In this document: positions 29,704 to 39,173 of the stretch, piece by piece | Numbering within the stretch: position 1 is the first letter of the stretch | Layout of the letters: each line of letters starts with the position of its first letter | From: Lachnospiraceae bacterium | GTDB taxonomy: Bacteria; Bacillota; Clostridia; Lachnospirales; Lachnospiraceae | DNA: 64,000 nucleotides | Direction of reading: 5' to 3' | Assembly (NCBI GenBank): GCA_030527595.1 | Contig: JAUNAN010000001.1 | Span: forward strand, 882 to 64,881 | Translations under genes and position numbers: made by a program | The notes under the pieces: generated by a model | What the model saw: only the letters and a program-made list of their open reading frames with translations | The model's database searches: none | Told to the model about the DNA's origin: nothing

Positions 29704-30413
29704 GTATGAAAAAAGATTCACCGGTTGAGAGAATCTGGAACGGTATTTATACCGAGAACCCGGTTCTTTGTCTTGCGCTCGGTATGTGTCCGACGCTTGC
29801 GGTAACCACATCTGCAACAAACGCGTTGGGAATGGGTCTCTCCACACTTGTCGTACTGACTCTTTCCAACCTGATCATTTCAATTTTAAGAAATATTATT
29901 CCGGACAAAATGAGAATGCCGGGCTACATTGTAGTCATCGCTTCCTTCGTTACGATCGTCGAGTTCCTGCTCGAGGGTTTTGTACCGGCCTTATACGATT
30001 CCCTGGGTATTTATATCCCGCTGATCGTCGTTAACTGTATCATCATGGGTCGTGCGGAGGCATATGCCGGCAAGCACGGTCCGGTTCAGTCTCTGTTTGA
30101 CGGTATCGGCATGGGCCTGGGCTTTACTGTTGCGCTTGTTTTCATTGGCGGAATTCGTGAGCTGGTCGGTGCAGGTACACTTTTCGGACTGACTGTTACT
30201 CCGGGCGCTTATGTACCGGTCAATATTTTCGTTCTTGCTCCGGGCGCATTCCTTGTTCTTGCGTTCCTGGTTGCTGTTATGAACAAGCTTCAGATCGGTT
30301 TAGGAAAACGTACGGGCTGGGATCCCACAGAGAGCGGCTGCGGCGACTGTGCTGCATGCGGAAAGTGCTCTGTCTGCGGCGGCAAGCCCGAGGCACAGAA
30401 AGAGGAGGCTTAA
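29700..30413 (+). CDS. rnfE: Rnf complex subunit E
   Basis: LGMCPTLAVTTS and IPLIVVNCIIMGRAEA motifs. Cys-rich C-terminal tail. Confidence 0.95.
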   Translation: MSMKKDSPVERIWNGIYTENPVLCLALGMCPTLAVTTSATNALGMGLSTLVVLTLSNLIISILRNIIPDKMRMPGYIVVIASFVTIVEFLLEGFVPALYDSLGIYIPLIVVNCIIMGRAEAYAGKHGPVQSLFDGIGMGLGFTVALVFIGGIRELVGAGTLFGLTVTPGAYVPVNIFVLAPGAFLVLAFLVAVMNKLQIGLGKRTGWDPTESGCGDCAACGKCSVCGGKPEAQKEEA

Positions 30414-30416
30414 CTT

Positions 30417-30989
30417 ATGGAATTAATCATGCTTGCAATTACGGCAGCTCTGATTAACAACGTCGTATTGAGCCAGTTCCTCGGAATCTGCTCTTTCCTC
30501 GGTGTTTCAGGCAAGACGGATACAGCTGTAGGTATGGGTGGTGCCCTGACTTTCGTTCTGACACTGTCCAGTATTGTCTGCGGTATTCTTTATAATTACA
30601 TTCTTGCACCGCTCGGGCTTGATTATCTCAAGACAATTGTTTTCATCCTGATCGTTGCAGCACTCGTTCAGTTTGTAGAAATGTTCATGAAGAAATTCAT
30701 GAAATCCATGTACAGCGCGCTCGGTATTTATCTGCCGCTGATCACAACAAACTGTGCCGTTCTCGGTGTGGCTACATTGAACGTTCAGAACGGATACAAT
30801 GTATTTACCGGCGCTGTTTACGGATTAGCAACTGCAATCGGTTTCCTGATTGCAATCGTCATTCTTTCTTTTATCCGTGAAAAGATGGTTTACAACGATA
30901 TTCCGAAGCCGTTCCAGGGCTTCCCGATCGTTATGATCTCTTCTGCACTGATGTCGATTGCGTTCTTTGGATTTGCTTCTTTCAAGTGA
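30417..30989 (+). CDS. rnfA: Rnf complex subunit A
   Basis: NNVVLSQFLGICSFLGVS and LPLITTNCAVLG motifs. Confidence 0.95.
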   Translation: MELIMLAITAALINNVVLSQFLGICSFLGVSGKTDTAVGMGGALTFVLTLSSIVCGILYNYILAPLGLDYLKTIVFILIVAALVQFVEMFMKKFMKSMYSALGIYLPLITTNCAVLGVATLNVQNGYNVFTGAVYGLATAIGFLIAIVILSFIREKMVYNDIPKPFQGFPIVMISSALMSIAFFGFASFK

Positions 30990-31012
30990 TTGCAGGATAC
31001 GGAGGATAACTT

Positions 31013-31798
31013 ATGAATGGAATTGTAATTGCCGCAATTATGATCGGCGCTGTCGGTCTGTTTGTCGGTGTATTCCTCGGTGTCGCCAGTAAGGTCTTTG
31101 CCGTACCGGTCGATGAAAAGGAAGTAGCAGTAAGAGAACTTCTTCCGGGTGCAAACTGCGGTGCCTGCGGATATGCGGGATGTGATGCACTTGCTGCAGC
31201 AATTGCCAAGGGAGAAGCTCCGATTGCAGCCTGCGTGGTAGGCGGTGCTCCGGTTGCTTCGCAGATCGGCGAAGTCATGGGAATGACAGCTGAAGTCGGA
31301 GAAAGAAAGGTTGCCTTTGTACGCTGTACAGGTGACTGTGAAAAGACAACTGACACATATGATTATTCCGGACCTAAGTCCTGTGCAGCAGTCAAGTTTG
31401 CTCCGGGCGGCGGTTCTAAGTCCTGCCGGTATGGATGTACGGGATTCGGCGACTGCGTGAGAGCCTGCGAATTTGATGCGATCCATATTGTAAAGGGAAT
31501 TGCAAAGGTCGATGAGGCTAAGTGCAAGGATTGTAAGAAATGTATCGAAGCATGCCCGAAGGGAATGATTATCGAAGTTCCGGCAGAGCGTGCTTCTCAT
31601 ATCGGATGTGTCAATCCTGACAGGGGTAAACCTGTGATGGATAACTGTAAAGTCGGATGTATCAGCTGCCAGAAGTGTGTGAGAACCTGTGAAAACGGTG
31701 CGATCACCATGGTTGGAGGCTTCCCGGTTATCGACTATTCCAAGTGTGATGACTGCGGCAAGTGTAAAGAGGGCTGCCCGCGTAAATGTATCATCTGA
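31013..31798 (+). CDS. rnfB: Rnf complex subunit B (polyferredoxin)
   Basis: LPGANCGACGYAGC plus several CxxCxxCxxxC motifs. Confidence 0.95.
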   Translation: MNGIVIAAIMIGAVGLFVGVFLGVASKVFAVPVDEKEVAVRELLPGANCGACGYAGCDALAAAIAKGEAPIAACVVGGAPVASQIGEVMGMTAEVGERKVAFVRCTGDCEKTTDTYDYSGPKSCAAVKFAPGGGSKSCRYGCTGFGDCVRACEFDAIHIVKGIAKVDEAKCKDCKKCIEACPKGMIIEVPAERASHIGCVNPDRGKPVMDNCKVGCISCQKCVRTCENGAITMVGGFPVIDYSKCDDCGKCKEGCPRKCII

Positions 31799-32790
31799 GA
31801 AAACTGCGGATTTCTCTGATTAGTTTGTCAGTTTGCAGTGCAGTCTGCCTGTGTGCAGGCTGCACTCGTTCTGCTTCTGAGACGACTTCAGAGGGATCCG
31901 GATATTATTTTGATACCACAGTTTCTATAAAGATAACGGATGAACATGCGGAAACTCTTCTTCAGGGCTGCATGGATATTTGTGAGGAGCTGGAAAACAC
32001 GCTGTCTGCGAGAGAGGAAAGCAGTGAGCTGTATCAGGTGAATCACAGAGATCAGAATCGTGTGGATATTTCCGACGACCTGGCAGAGTGCATTGCAACA
32101 GCACTGAAATGGTCCGAGGCATCCGACGGGGTCTATGATCTTACAATTTATCCGGTGTCATCACTGTGGGATTTTCATGCAGAGAATCCGGAAGTTCCCG
32201 ATTCGGAAAAGGTTTCCGGGGCACTTGAAGCTGTAGACTACAGAAATGTATCTCTTGACGGAAATACGATCACTTTTTCTTCTGATGAAACGCAGATCGA
32301 TCTGGGAGGAATCGCAAAGGGATATATTTCTGAAAAACTCAAAACCTATCTCACGGAGAACGGTTGTACCTCCGCCCTGATCAATCTTGGCGGCAATGTC
32401 AGTACAGTGGGACATAAGGACGACGGTTCCGAATGGATCGTTGGCGTTCAAAAACCGTTTTCGGTTCGCGGGGAGGTTCTTTTGACTGTCGGATCGGCAG
32501 ATAACTGCGTGATTTCCTCGGGTATTTATGAGCGGTACTTTGAACAGGACGGGGAGTTTTATCATCACATTATAGATCCTTCTACGGGATATCCGACTAA
32601 GACAGACCTGAATCAGGTGACAGTGATCGGTTCCCGTGATGCGGACTGTGATGCCTTGTCTACGATCTGTCTGCTTCTCGGAGAGGAAAAAGCTGTCGAA
32701 TTTTATGAAACACAAAATCTGGATGTAACTTTGATTTTCACAAACAGCGAAAATGAAGTTACGTGGTACCCGGAGGAACCCGCCTCCTGA
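31786..32790 (+). CDS. apbE: FAD:protein FMN transferase ApbE (lipoprotein)
   Basis: Lipobox-like CAGC, plus DLGGIAKGY, NLGGN, SGIYERYF, HHIIDP and DALST motifs. Confidence 0.92.
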   Translation: MYHLRKLRISLISLSVCSAVCLCAGCTRSASETTSEGSGYYFDTTVSIKITDEHAETLLQGCMDICEELENTLSAREESSELYQVNHRDQNRVDISDDLAECIATALKWSEASDGVYDLTIYPVSSLWDFHAENPEVPDSEKVSGALEAVDYRNVSLDGNTITFSSDETQIDLGGIAKGYISEKLKTYLTENGCTSALINLGGNVSTVGHKDDGSEWIVGVQKPFSVRGEVLLTVGSADNCVISSGIYERYFEQDGEFYHHIIDPSTGYPTKTDLNQVTVIGSRDADCDALSTICLLLGEEKAVEFYETQNLDVTLIFTNSENEVTWYPEEPAS

Positions 32791-32802
32791 CAGGTGAAGA
32801 CG

Positions 32803-33192
32803 ATGAATGCAGCTAAACGGAAGGGTTTGATCGGTAAAAGTGATATAATTCTTATCCTCGTGCTGCTGTTGGCTTCACTTAGTATCTTTGCCGTTCATAC
32901 AATTATGAGCAGCCAAGGCAGCAGTGCTTTATGCAGAATTACCGTTAACGGCGAATTATACGGTACCTATGAACTTGGTCGCGATCAAACGATCGACATA
33001 GATCATACCAATGTCTGTACGATCCGGGACGGAAAAGTGAAAATGATTTCCGCGAATTGTCCTGATCAGATCTGTGTAGACTCTATTGCTGTTTCGCGGA
33101 ACGGTGAATCGATCGTCTGCCTTCCCAACCGCATCGTTATTACGATTGTCGGTGCAGGGGAGAGTGCGGAATATGATACAATAGCAAGCTGA
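32803..33192 (+). CDS. NusG domain II-like (Lin0431-type) exported protein
   Basis: N-terminal TM helix and ANCPDQICV...IVCLPNR motif. Confidence 0.8.
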   Translation: MNAAKRKGLIGKSDIILILVLLLASLSIFAVHTIMSSQGSSALCRITVNGELYGTYELGRDQTIDIDHTNVCTIRDGKVKMISANCPDQICVDSIAVSRNGESIVCLPNRIVITIVGAGESAEYDTIAS

Positions 33193-33206
33193 AGAGGGGA
33201 ATACGT

Positions 33207-33716
33207 TTGGGAAAGGATAATAGAGTTCAGGCAGGAAAGATTGCATGGCTTGGTGTCATGGCATCTCTGGGTGTCCTGTGCGGTTATATTGAATATCTGA
33301 TCCCCGTGTCCGCAGCTTTTCCCGGCATCAAGCTTGGGATCTGTAATATTGTTATTTTGACCGTACTGTATCTTTCCGGATGGAAGGAGGCCGCAGCTGT
33401 TTCGATCGTCAGGATTCTCCTGATCGGGTTTATGTTCGGAAGCCTTTCTTCTATTTTGTATTCTCTCGGAGGAACTGTCTGTTCCCTGAGTGTAATGGCT
33501 ATTCTGAAAAGAACAAATTTTTTTCGTGTTGTCGGTGTATCCGCTGCCGGAGGTGTATTTCATGAGGTCGGGCAAATATTGATTGCCGCGCTTATTGTGA
33601 AAGGGTTTCCGCTTTTGTGGTATCTGCCGATTTTGATGATCGCCGGTCTCATCTGCGGTACAGTGATCGGTTTTTTATCCGGAGCGATTTTATTGCGTAT
33701 TCCGAAAAATGTATGA
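33207..33716 (+). CDS. Gx transporter family membrane protein (heptaprenyl-PP synthase component I-like)
   Basis: IEYLIP..PGIKLGICN and GVSAAGGVFHEVGQ motifs. Multi-TM protein following the NusG-II gene. Confidence 0.8.
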   Translation: MGKDNRVQAGKIAWLGVMASLGVLCGYIEYLIPVSAAFPGIKLGICNIVILTVLYLSGWKEAAAVSIVRILLIGFMFGSLSSILYSLGGTVCSLSVMAILKRTNFFRVVGVSAAGGVFHEVGQILIAALIVKGFPLLWYLPILMIAGLICGTVIGFLSGAILLRIPKNV

Positions 33717-33814
33717 CCCTGAATGCTTTGGTTTTGGGGTGCACTATGGTATAATGTCACTAAAAATGACGGCTGTGTATACATTTCCGAAATGTATGCA
33801 AGGAGGTAGCTACG

Positions 33815-34660
33815 ATGAATTATTCTGAAAAAATTGAGAAAAGAGAATCAGTTCGAACCTTCGAGGAACGTGAGGTTTCCGAGAAGAAAATTGCTGAGAT
33901 CAAGGCTTATTTCGATGAGGCAAAGAGACTGGATTCAAGTATCGGTGTGGAATTACAGGTCTTTACCGGAAATGCAAAGAACCGCCTTGAAGGTGCTGCC
34001 GGATATAAGGGATATGCGCTCATGGCACCGGCTTATCTTGTCATCCTTTCCGAGGAGAAGCCGCATTATCTTGAGAATGCCGGTTATGTCTGCGAAGATA
34101 TGATCCTGAAGCTTGTGGAAATGGGACTTGATAACTGCTGGATCAGCACGGGCGATGCTGCAGCAACAAAGAGAGCGCTTCTGATCGAGTCTGACAAGAC
34201 GGTTGCAGCACTTGTTGCTTTCGGTTACGGAAAGAAGGATGATGACGTTCGTATTGATATCAAGACACCTTCGAATGTCGTTACCGAGGCCAGAAAGGGT
34301 CATGCTGCCGAAAAGATTGCAGAGACTGAGCTTGTTTACCAGAATAAATGGAAGCAGCCGGTTGACTGGGAGAGCGGTGTTGTCTACAAGCAGCTCGATG
34401 CCGCACTTTATGCAGCTTCCCTTGCACCGAGCTATTTGAACATCCAGCCGTATCGTTTTCTGTTAAGAGAGAACTATGTTCTTCTTGTTCTTGATGAGAA
34501 AGCAGCGATCGATGAAAAAGAGGCAATGCTGGATCTCGGTGCGGTAATGCTGAATTTTGCAGCTGTTTATCAGGAAAATACAGGTAACGGCGCATGGGAG
34601 TTTGTAGAAGGAACAGACAATGAGAGCGATCACCATGTGACTGCTTCTTTTGTGATCTAA
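33815..34660 (+). CDS. Nitroreductase-family protein (two-domain)
   Basis: KRESVRTF, ENAGYVCEDMIL..MGLDNCWI and LAPSYLNIQPYRF motifs. Confidence 0.78.
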   Translation: MNYSEKIEKRESVRTFEEREVSEKKIAEIKAYFDEAKRLDSSIGVELQVFTGNAKNRLEGAAGYKGYALMAPAYLVILSEEKPHYLENAGYVCEDMILKLVEMGLDNCWISTGDAAATKRALLIESDKTVAALVAFGYGKKDDDVRIDIKTPSNVVTEARKGHAAEKIAETELVYQNKWKQPVDWESGVVYKQLDAALYAASLAPSYLNIQPYRFLLRENYVLLVLDEKAAIDEKEAMLDLGAVMLNFAAVYQENTGNGAWEFVEGTDNESDHHVTASFVI

Positions 34661-34683
34661 AAGGATAACTGATAACAGATTCC

Positions 34684-34712
34684 AGGGACCCGGCTGAGGC
34701 CGGGTCCTTTCT
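34684..34712 (+). terminator. Intrinsic terminator after nitroreductase
   Basis: AGGGACCCGGC-TGAG-GCCGGGTCCTT followed by TCT. Confidence 0.8.
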
Positions 34713-34725
34713 ATGAATAAGATGA

Positions 34726-34754
34726 TTGACATGACGAACAAATGTTCTTATAAT
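34726..34754 (+). promoter_or_regulatory. Consensus sigma-A promoter of ruvAB with LexA (SOS) box in the spacer
   Basis: TTGACA (34726)-17 bp-TATAAT (34749). CGAACAAATGTTCT at 34735-34748 matches the Firmicutes GAAC-N4-GTTC box. Confidence 0.88.
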
Positions 34755-34792
34755 GTGATAATATTGTTTTACGTTTGACTGGAGTATTTGAG

Positions 34793-35389
34793 ATGTATGC
34801 ATTTATTCGAGGTACGATCACTTCCATCAGAGAGGATTATGTTGTCCTTGATAATAACGGGATCGGTTATCGTATATTTATTTCTTCCGCGCTGGCAGAA
34901 AAGCTTGCCGTCGGTGAGGAGATCCGGCTGTTTACGCATTTTGCGGTAAGAGAAGATGCCATGCTGCTGTATGGATTCGAATCGGAGGAGGAGCTAGAGC
35001 TGTTTCGCCTGATTTTGGGCGTCAGCGGCATCGGACCAAAAGGTGCGATCGGCATTTTCTCTGTCATGACTCCCGATGATCTGCGCTTTGCGATTCTCTC
35101 TGATGATGCTGCGCAGATAGCGAAAGCACCCGGAATAGGAAAAAAGACAGCACAAAAAGTGATCCTTGAGCTGAAAGACAAGCTGGATCTTATGGAGAGC
35201 TTCGAGCGGAAGGCAGCCAATACAGAGGCGGTATCCTCTGAAGGAAATGCGCAGACAGAGGCAGTTCTCGCTCTTACGGCGCTCGGATATGCAAGAAATG
35301 AAGCAATGAAGGCAGTCAGAACAGTCTGTGAAGAAGAGTCGTTTACAGATGTTGAAGAAATTCTGAAGGCTGCACTGAGAGAATTATAA
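34793..35389 (+). CDS. ruvA: Holliday junction branch migration protein RuvA
   Basis: [20 protein letters not shown] and [16 protein letters not shown] motifs. Confidence 0.96.
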   Translation: MYAFIRGTITSIREDYVVLDNNGIGYRIFISSALAEKLAVGEEIRLFTHFAVREDAMLLYGFESEEELELFRLILGVSGIGPKGAIGIFSVMTPDDLRFAILSDDAAQIAKAPGIGKKTAQKVILELKDKLDLMESFERKAANTEAVSSEGNAQTEAVLALTALGYARNEAMKAVRTVCEEESFTDVEEILKAALREL

Positions 35390-35400
35390 AAGGAGTCCTT

Positions 35401-36414
35401 ATGGCCGGAAGAAAAATCACCACAGAGCTCACGGAAGAAGACAAAAGTCTGGATTCTGCCGGCTTGAGACCTCAGTTTCTTGAAGATTATATCGGGCAGG
35501 AAAAGACAAAAAATAATCTTAAGATATTTATTGATGCTGCAAAGCAGCGCGGGGACAGCCTGGATCATGTGCTGCTCTACGGTCCTCCCGGACTCGGAAA
35601 AACTACGCTTGCCGGGATCATCGCCAATGAGATGGGTACTCACATTAAGGTGACATCCGGACCGGCAATCGAGAAACCCGGTGATATGGCCGCTGTCCTG
35701 AACAGAATGCAGAAAGGTGATATTCTTTTTATTGATGAGATCCATCGCCTGGCAAAGCCGGTAGAGGAATTTCTTTATCCGGCAATGGAAGATTATGTGA
35801 TCGATATTCTTATCGGAAAGGGTCCTACTGCACGTTCCATTCGTATGGAGCTTCCCAGGTTTACGCTTGTGGGTGCCACAACAAGACCCGGAATGCTTTC
35901 CGCTCCCTTAAGAGACAGGTTCGGAATCATCGGACATATGGATTTCTATACGGATGACGAGCTGAAGGAGATCATTCTGCGATCGGCTGACAAGCTGATG
36001 GTGCGTATAGATGACAGAGGAGCAGAGGAGCTTGCAAGAAGGTCCAGAGGTACGCCGAGACTTGCTAACAGGCTTTTAAAGCGCGTGCGTGACTTTGCTC
36101 AGATCCGGTATGGCGGAGTGATCAATTCCAGGGTATCAGCCGAGGCTCTGGATCTAATGGACGTGGACCAGTTCGGACTTGAGAGACTGGATCGTCAGAT
36201 TTTGGAAACCATGATCCTGAAGTTTCAGGGCGGTCCGGTGGGGCTTGAGACTCTTGCGGCCTCTATCGGTGAAGATTCCGGTACGATCGAGGATGTATAT
36301 GAGCCGTATCTTCTGAAAAACGGGTTTGTGAATCGTACGCCAAGAGGCAGAGTCTGCACAAGGCGCGCCTTTGAGCATCTCGGATATGAGTATTCAGATC
36401 CGCAGGATGACTGA
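35401..36414 (+). CDS. ruvB: Holliday junction branch migration helicase RuvB
   Basis: [26 protein letters not shown] and RTPRGR motifs. Confidence 0.97.
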   Translation: MAGRKITTELTEEDKSLDSAGLRPQFLEDYIGQEKTKNNLKIFIDAAKQRGDSLDHVLLYGPPGLGKTTLAGIIANEMGTHIKVTSGPAIEKPGDMAAVLNRMQKGDILFIDEIHRLAKPVEEFLYPAMEDYVIDILIGKGPTARSIRMELPRFTLVGATTRPGMLSAPLRDRFGIIGHMDFYTDDELKEIILRSADKLMVRIDDRGAEELARRSRGTPRLANRLLKRVRDFAQIRYGGVINSRVSAEALDLMDVDQFGLERLDRQILETMILKFQGGPVGLETLAASIGEDSGTIEDVYEPYLLKNGFVNRTPRGRVCTRRAFEHLGYEYSDPQDD

Positions 36415-36509
36415 TTCGGTGTGACGGTCGGAAAACCGGTTGTAATTTTTCTTAATTTCTGTATAATATTAAAGATAGATTCGTCTAAATAAGATTGTCG
36501 GAGGCAGAT

Positions 36510-36830
36510 ATGTCATCTAAAAATACGGTTCAGGTTCTCATTGGCGGAAAGGTTATTCGCCTTGCCGGTTACGAAAGTGAAGAATATCTTCAGAAGGTTG
36601 CAGCATATCTCAATCATAAAATCGGTGAGTTTGATGCGATCAAGGGATATAACCGTATGCCGACTGAGACAAAAGGCACCCTTCTTGCACTGAACGTTGC
36701 TGATGATTATTTTAAAGCAAAGAAGCAGGCTGAGGTTCTCGAGGAAGATCTTCAGAGAAAGGATCGTGAGCTGTATGAATTAAAGCAGCAGCTGGTCAGT
36801 CTGCAGGTTCAGCTTGAAAAGAATCATTAA
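36510..36830 (+). CDS. zapA: Cell division protein ZapA
   Basis: ESEEYLQKVAAYLN and LLALNVADDYFK followed by a coiled coil. SD GGAGG. TTGTAA-16-TATAAT upstream. Confidence 0.85.
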   Translation: MSSKNTVQVLIGGKVIRLAGYESEEYLQKVAAYLNHKIGEFDAIKGYNRMPTETKGTLLALNVADDYFKAKKQAEVLEEDLQRKDRELYELKQQLVSLQVQLEKNH

Positions 36831-36942
36831 GAATGAAAGCAGTAAGCCGTCGAGCTGCGTATTCAGTCGGAAATAGAAACATTAAGAATCGCAGCGGCAA
36901 GTCGGTCCGCAGATTTCAATAAGAGAAATATTGATGTAAATC

Positions 36943-36977
36943 GGGGAGGGTGGTTACAAGAGTAATCATCCTCTTTG
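36943..36977 (+). terminator. Hairpin / probable terminator after zapA
   Basis: GGGGAGGGTGGTTAC-AAGA-GTAATCATCCTCTTT. Confidence 0.65.
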
Positions 36978-36998
36978 TCGTATTGGGGAGTGTATTTT

Positions 36999-39173
36999 AT
37001 GAATGTAAAAATACCCGAGCTTCTTGCTCCTGCTGGATCCGCAGAGGGGCTTCGTGCTGTTATTGCGGCAGGAGCGGATGCTGTTTATATCGGAGGGAGT
37101 AAATTTGGTGCCAGAGCATATGCGGACAATCCGGGAGAGCAGGATCTGCTGGAAGCCATTGACTTTGCGCATCTGCATGGAAAAGCGGTCTATCTGACTG
37201 TGAATACGCTGATCCGTCAGGATGAACTGGGCGAGCTGGCTGCCTTCCTGGAACCCTATTATGAGCGCGGTCTTGATGCCGTTTTGGTACAGGATCTTGG
37301 TGTGGTTCGTTTTTTACACCGGCTGTTTCCCGATCTTCCCATTCATACGAGTACGCAGATGACGGTGACCGGACGTGAGACATCGGAATTTTTGAAAAAA
37401 TACGGTGTTACCAGGATCGTTCCCGCAAGAGAGCTGTCAATCGATGAGATTGCGGCAGTCAAACAGACAGGTCTGGAGGTGGAAGTATTTATACACGGAG
37501 CCCTCTGTTACTGCTATTCCGGACAGTGTCTGTTTTCGAGTGCACTCGGCGGAAGAAGCGGAAACAGGGGCAGATGCGCGCAGCCCTGCAGACTGACTTA
37601 CGAACTGAACGGAAAGAAGCCGGCTAAGGAGTTTCTGAGTCCGCGCGATCTCTGTGCTCTGGATCACGTCCCTGCTCTGATGAGGCTGGGGGTGGATTCC
37701 CTGAAGATCGAAGGACGTATGAAACAGCCGGAATATGCGGCCGGCGTTGTCTCAATCTATCGGAAGTATCTTGATCTCTGGAAGAAGGACAGCAGTATAA
37801 AGGTGTCGGAAGAGGACCGCCGGATACTGCTGGATCTCTACAACAGAGAAGGGTTTACTGACGGCTACTTATATCGACATAACGGTCCCGAGATGATGGC
37901 AGTGAATCGTCCCTCGCTTACCGACCGGGAGAACAGCAGTAGACGAGAGCTTTATGCATCTCTCAGGGAGCGTTATCTCACAAAGGAAGATCCGCTTGAA
38001 GCAGAAGCGTCTGCGGTATTCTATGCCGGGGCACCGATGGTGCTGTCTCTGTCCAGGGGCGATGCTTCTTTTACGGCTGTGGGAGATCAGGATGTACAGA
38101 CTGCACAGTCAAAACCCATGACCAGGGAAAAGATCGCCTCCCAGCTTGCCAAAACAGGCGGGAGCGGTTTCTGTTTCCGTGAGATCTCGGTAGAAACCGA
38201 TGAGAGCAGCTTTCTTCCTGTCGGCGTTTTGAACAGTGTGAGGCGAAGCGCACTTGCAGGTCTTCGCGAGGAGCTTCTGCAAGGCTATAGACGCAGGAGT
38301 GCGAAAAAACCGGAACTGACAGGTCTTATTAAAAATAATAAAACAGCCCCGTATCTTCAGGTACTGGCTGCGTCAGAGGAACAGTTTCTTGCTGCTTCGG
38401 AATCTGCCGTATCGGAAATTATTGCGGAGTACACAATGCTTGATACGGAAGCACCGGAGAAAACACTGAAGAAGCTTGCTCATATATCAGGAAATAAAGG
38501 AATCGGACTCCGTATTGCTTTTCCGAGAATTAACCGTGAGGGGCGGCTTGAGAGGATATATCAGAAGATTCCCGCCTTTATAGAGGCCGGAGTCAGCGGT
38601 TTCCTCATTCGCGATCCCGAGAGCTTTGTTCGTTTAGCCGAAGCGGGGTATGCTTCCATGATCGAGGCGGATGCAAATTTATACACCTGGAACAATGAGG
38701 CTCTCGAATTTTTCCGGGAAAACGGCATTACAAGATTCACTGCACCGTACGAGCTGAGCGGAGGTATGCTTAAGCTCAGGGATAACAGCGACAGTGTCAT
38801 GACGGTGTACGGACGTCTTCCGCTCATGGTTTCCGCACAGTGCCCGAAAAAGACAACAGGAGGCTGCAATCATAAAAAAGAGTTTTTGTTCCTGACAGAT
38901 CGCAAGCGTGCGAAAATTCCGGTCAAAACAGAATGTGATTTCTGCTATAATGTGATCTATAACAGTGTGCCGCTTTGCCTCTTCGGCGATGCGGAAACGA
39001 TTCGGAAACTCGGTTTTCGTGCTGTACGCCTCGAGTTTACCGATGAGACGAAAAAAGAGACAGAGACGGTTCTCGGACTTGCCGTGTCTGCATTTTCCGG
39101 AGAAAGTGCTGACTTCAGGACTGCACTGAAGGGCGGATATACCAGAGGACATTTTACAAAAGGAGCAGAATGA
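36999..39173 (+). CDS. U32 peptidase-family protein with DUF3656 (RlhA-like, probable RNA hydroxylase)
   Basis: ELLAPAG, HTSTQM, HGALCYCYSGQC, NRGRCAQPCR and SLKIEGRMK motifs. Confidence 0.88.
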   Translation: MNVKIPELLAPAGSAEGLRAVIAAGADAVYIGGSKFGARAYADNPGEQDLLEAIDFAHLHGKAVYLTVNTLIRQDELGELAAFLEPYYERGLDAVLVQDLGVVRFLHRLFPDLPIHTSTQMTVTGRETSEFLKKYGVTRIVPARELSIDEIAAVKQTGLEVEVFIHGALCYCYSGQCLFSSALGGRSGNRGRCAQPCRLTYELNGKKPAKEFLSPRDLCALDHVPALMRLGVDSLKIEGRMKQPEYAAGVVSIYRKYLDLWKKDSSIKVSEEDRRILLDLYNREGFTDGYLYRHNGPEMMAVNRPSLTDRENSSRRELYASLRERYLTKEDPLEAEASAVFYAGAPMVLSLSRGDASFTAVGDQDVQTAQSKPMTREKIASQLAKTGGSGFCFREISVETDESSFLPVGVLNSVRRSALAGLREELLQGYRRRSAKKPELTGLIKNNKTAPYLQVLAASEEQFLAASESAVSEIIAEYTMLDTEAPEKTLKKLAHISGNKGIGLRIAFPRINREGRLERIYQKIPAFIEAGVSGFLIRDPESFVRLAEAGYASMIEADANLYTWNNEALEFFRENGITRFTAPYELSGGMLKLRDNSDSVMTVYGRLPLMVSAQCPKKTTGGCNHKKEFLFLTDRKRAKIPVKTECDFCYNVIYNSVPLCLFGDAETIRKLGFRAVRLEFTDETKKETETVLGLAVSAFSGESADFRTALKGGYTRGHFTKGAE

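Noticed and set aside
36831-36998. Possible 6S RNA downstream of zapA
   Set aside because: zapA-ssrS linkage is a proteobacterial pattern. I could not fold a 6S-like rod with a central bulge; only a terminator-like hairpin is evident. An Rfam scan would settle it.
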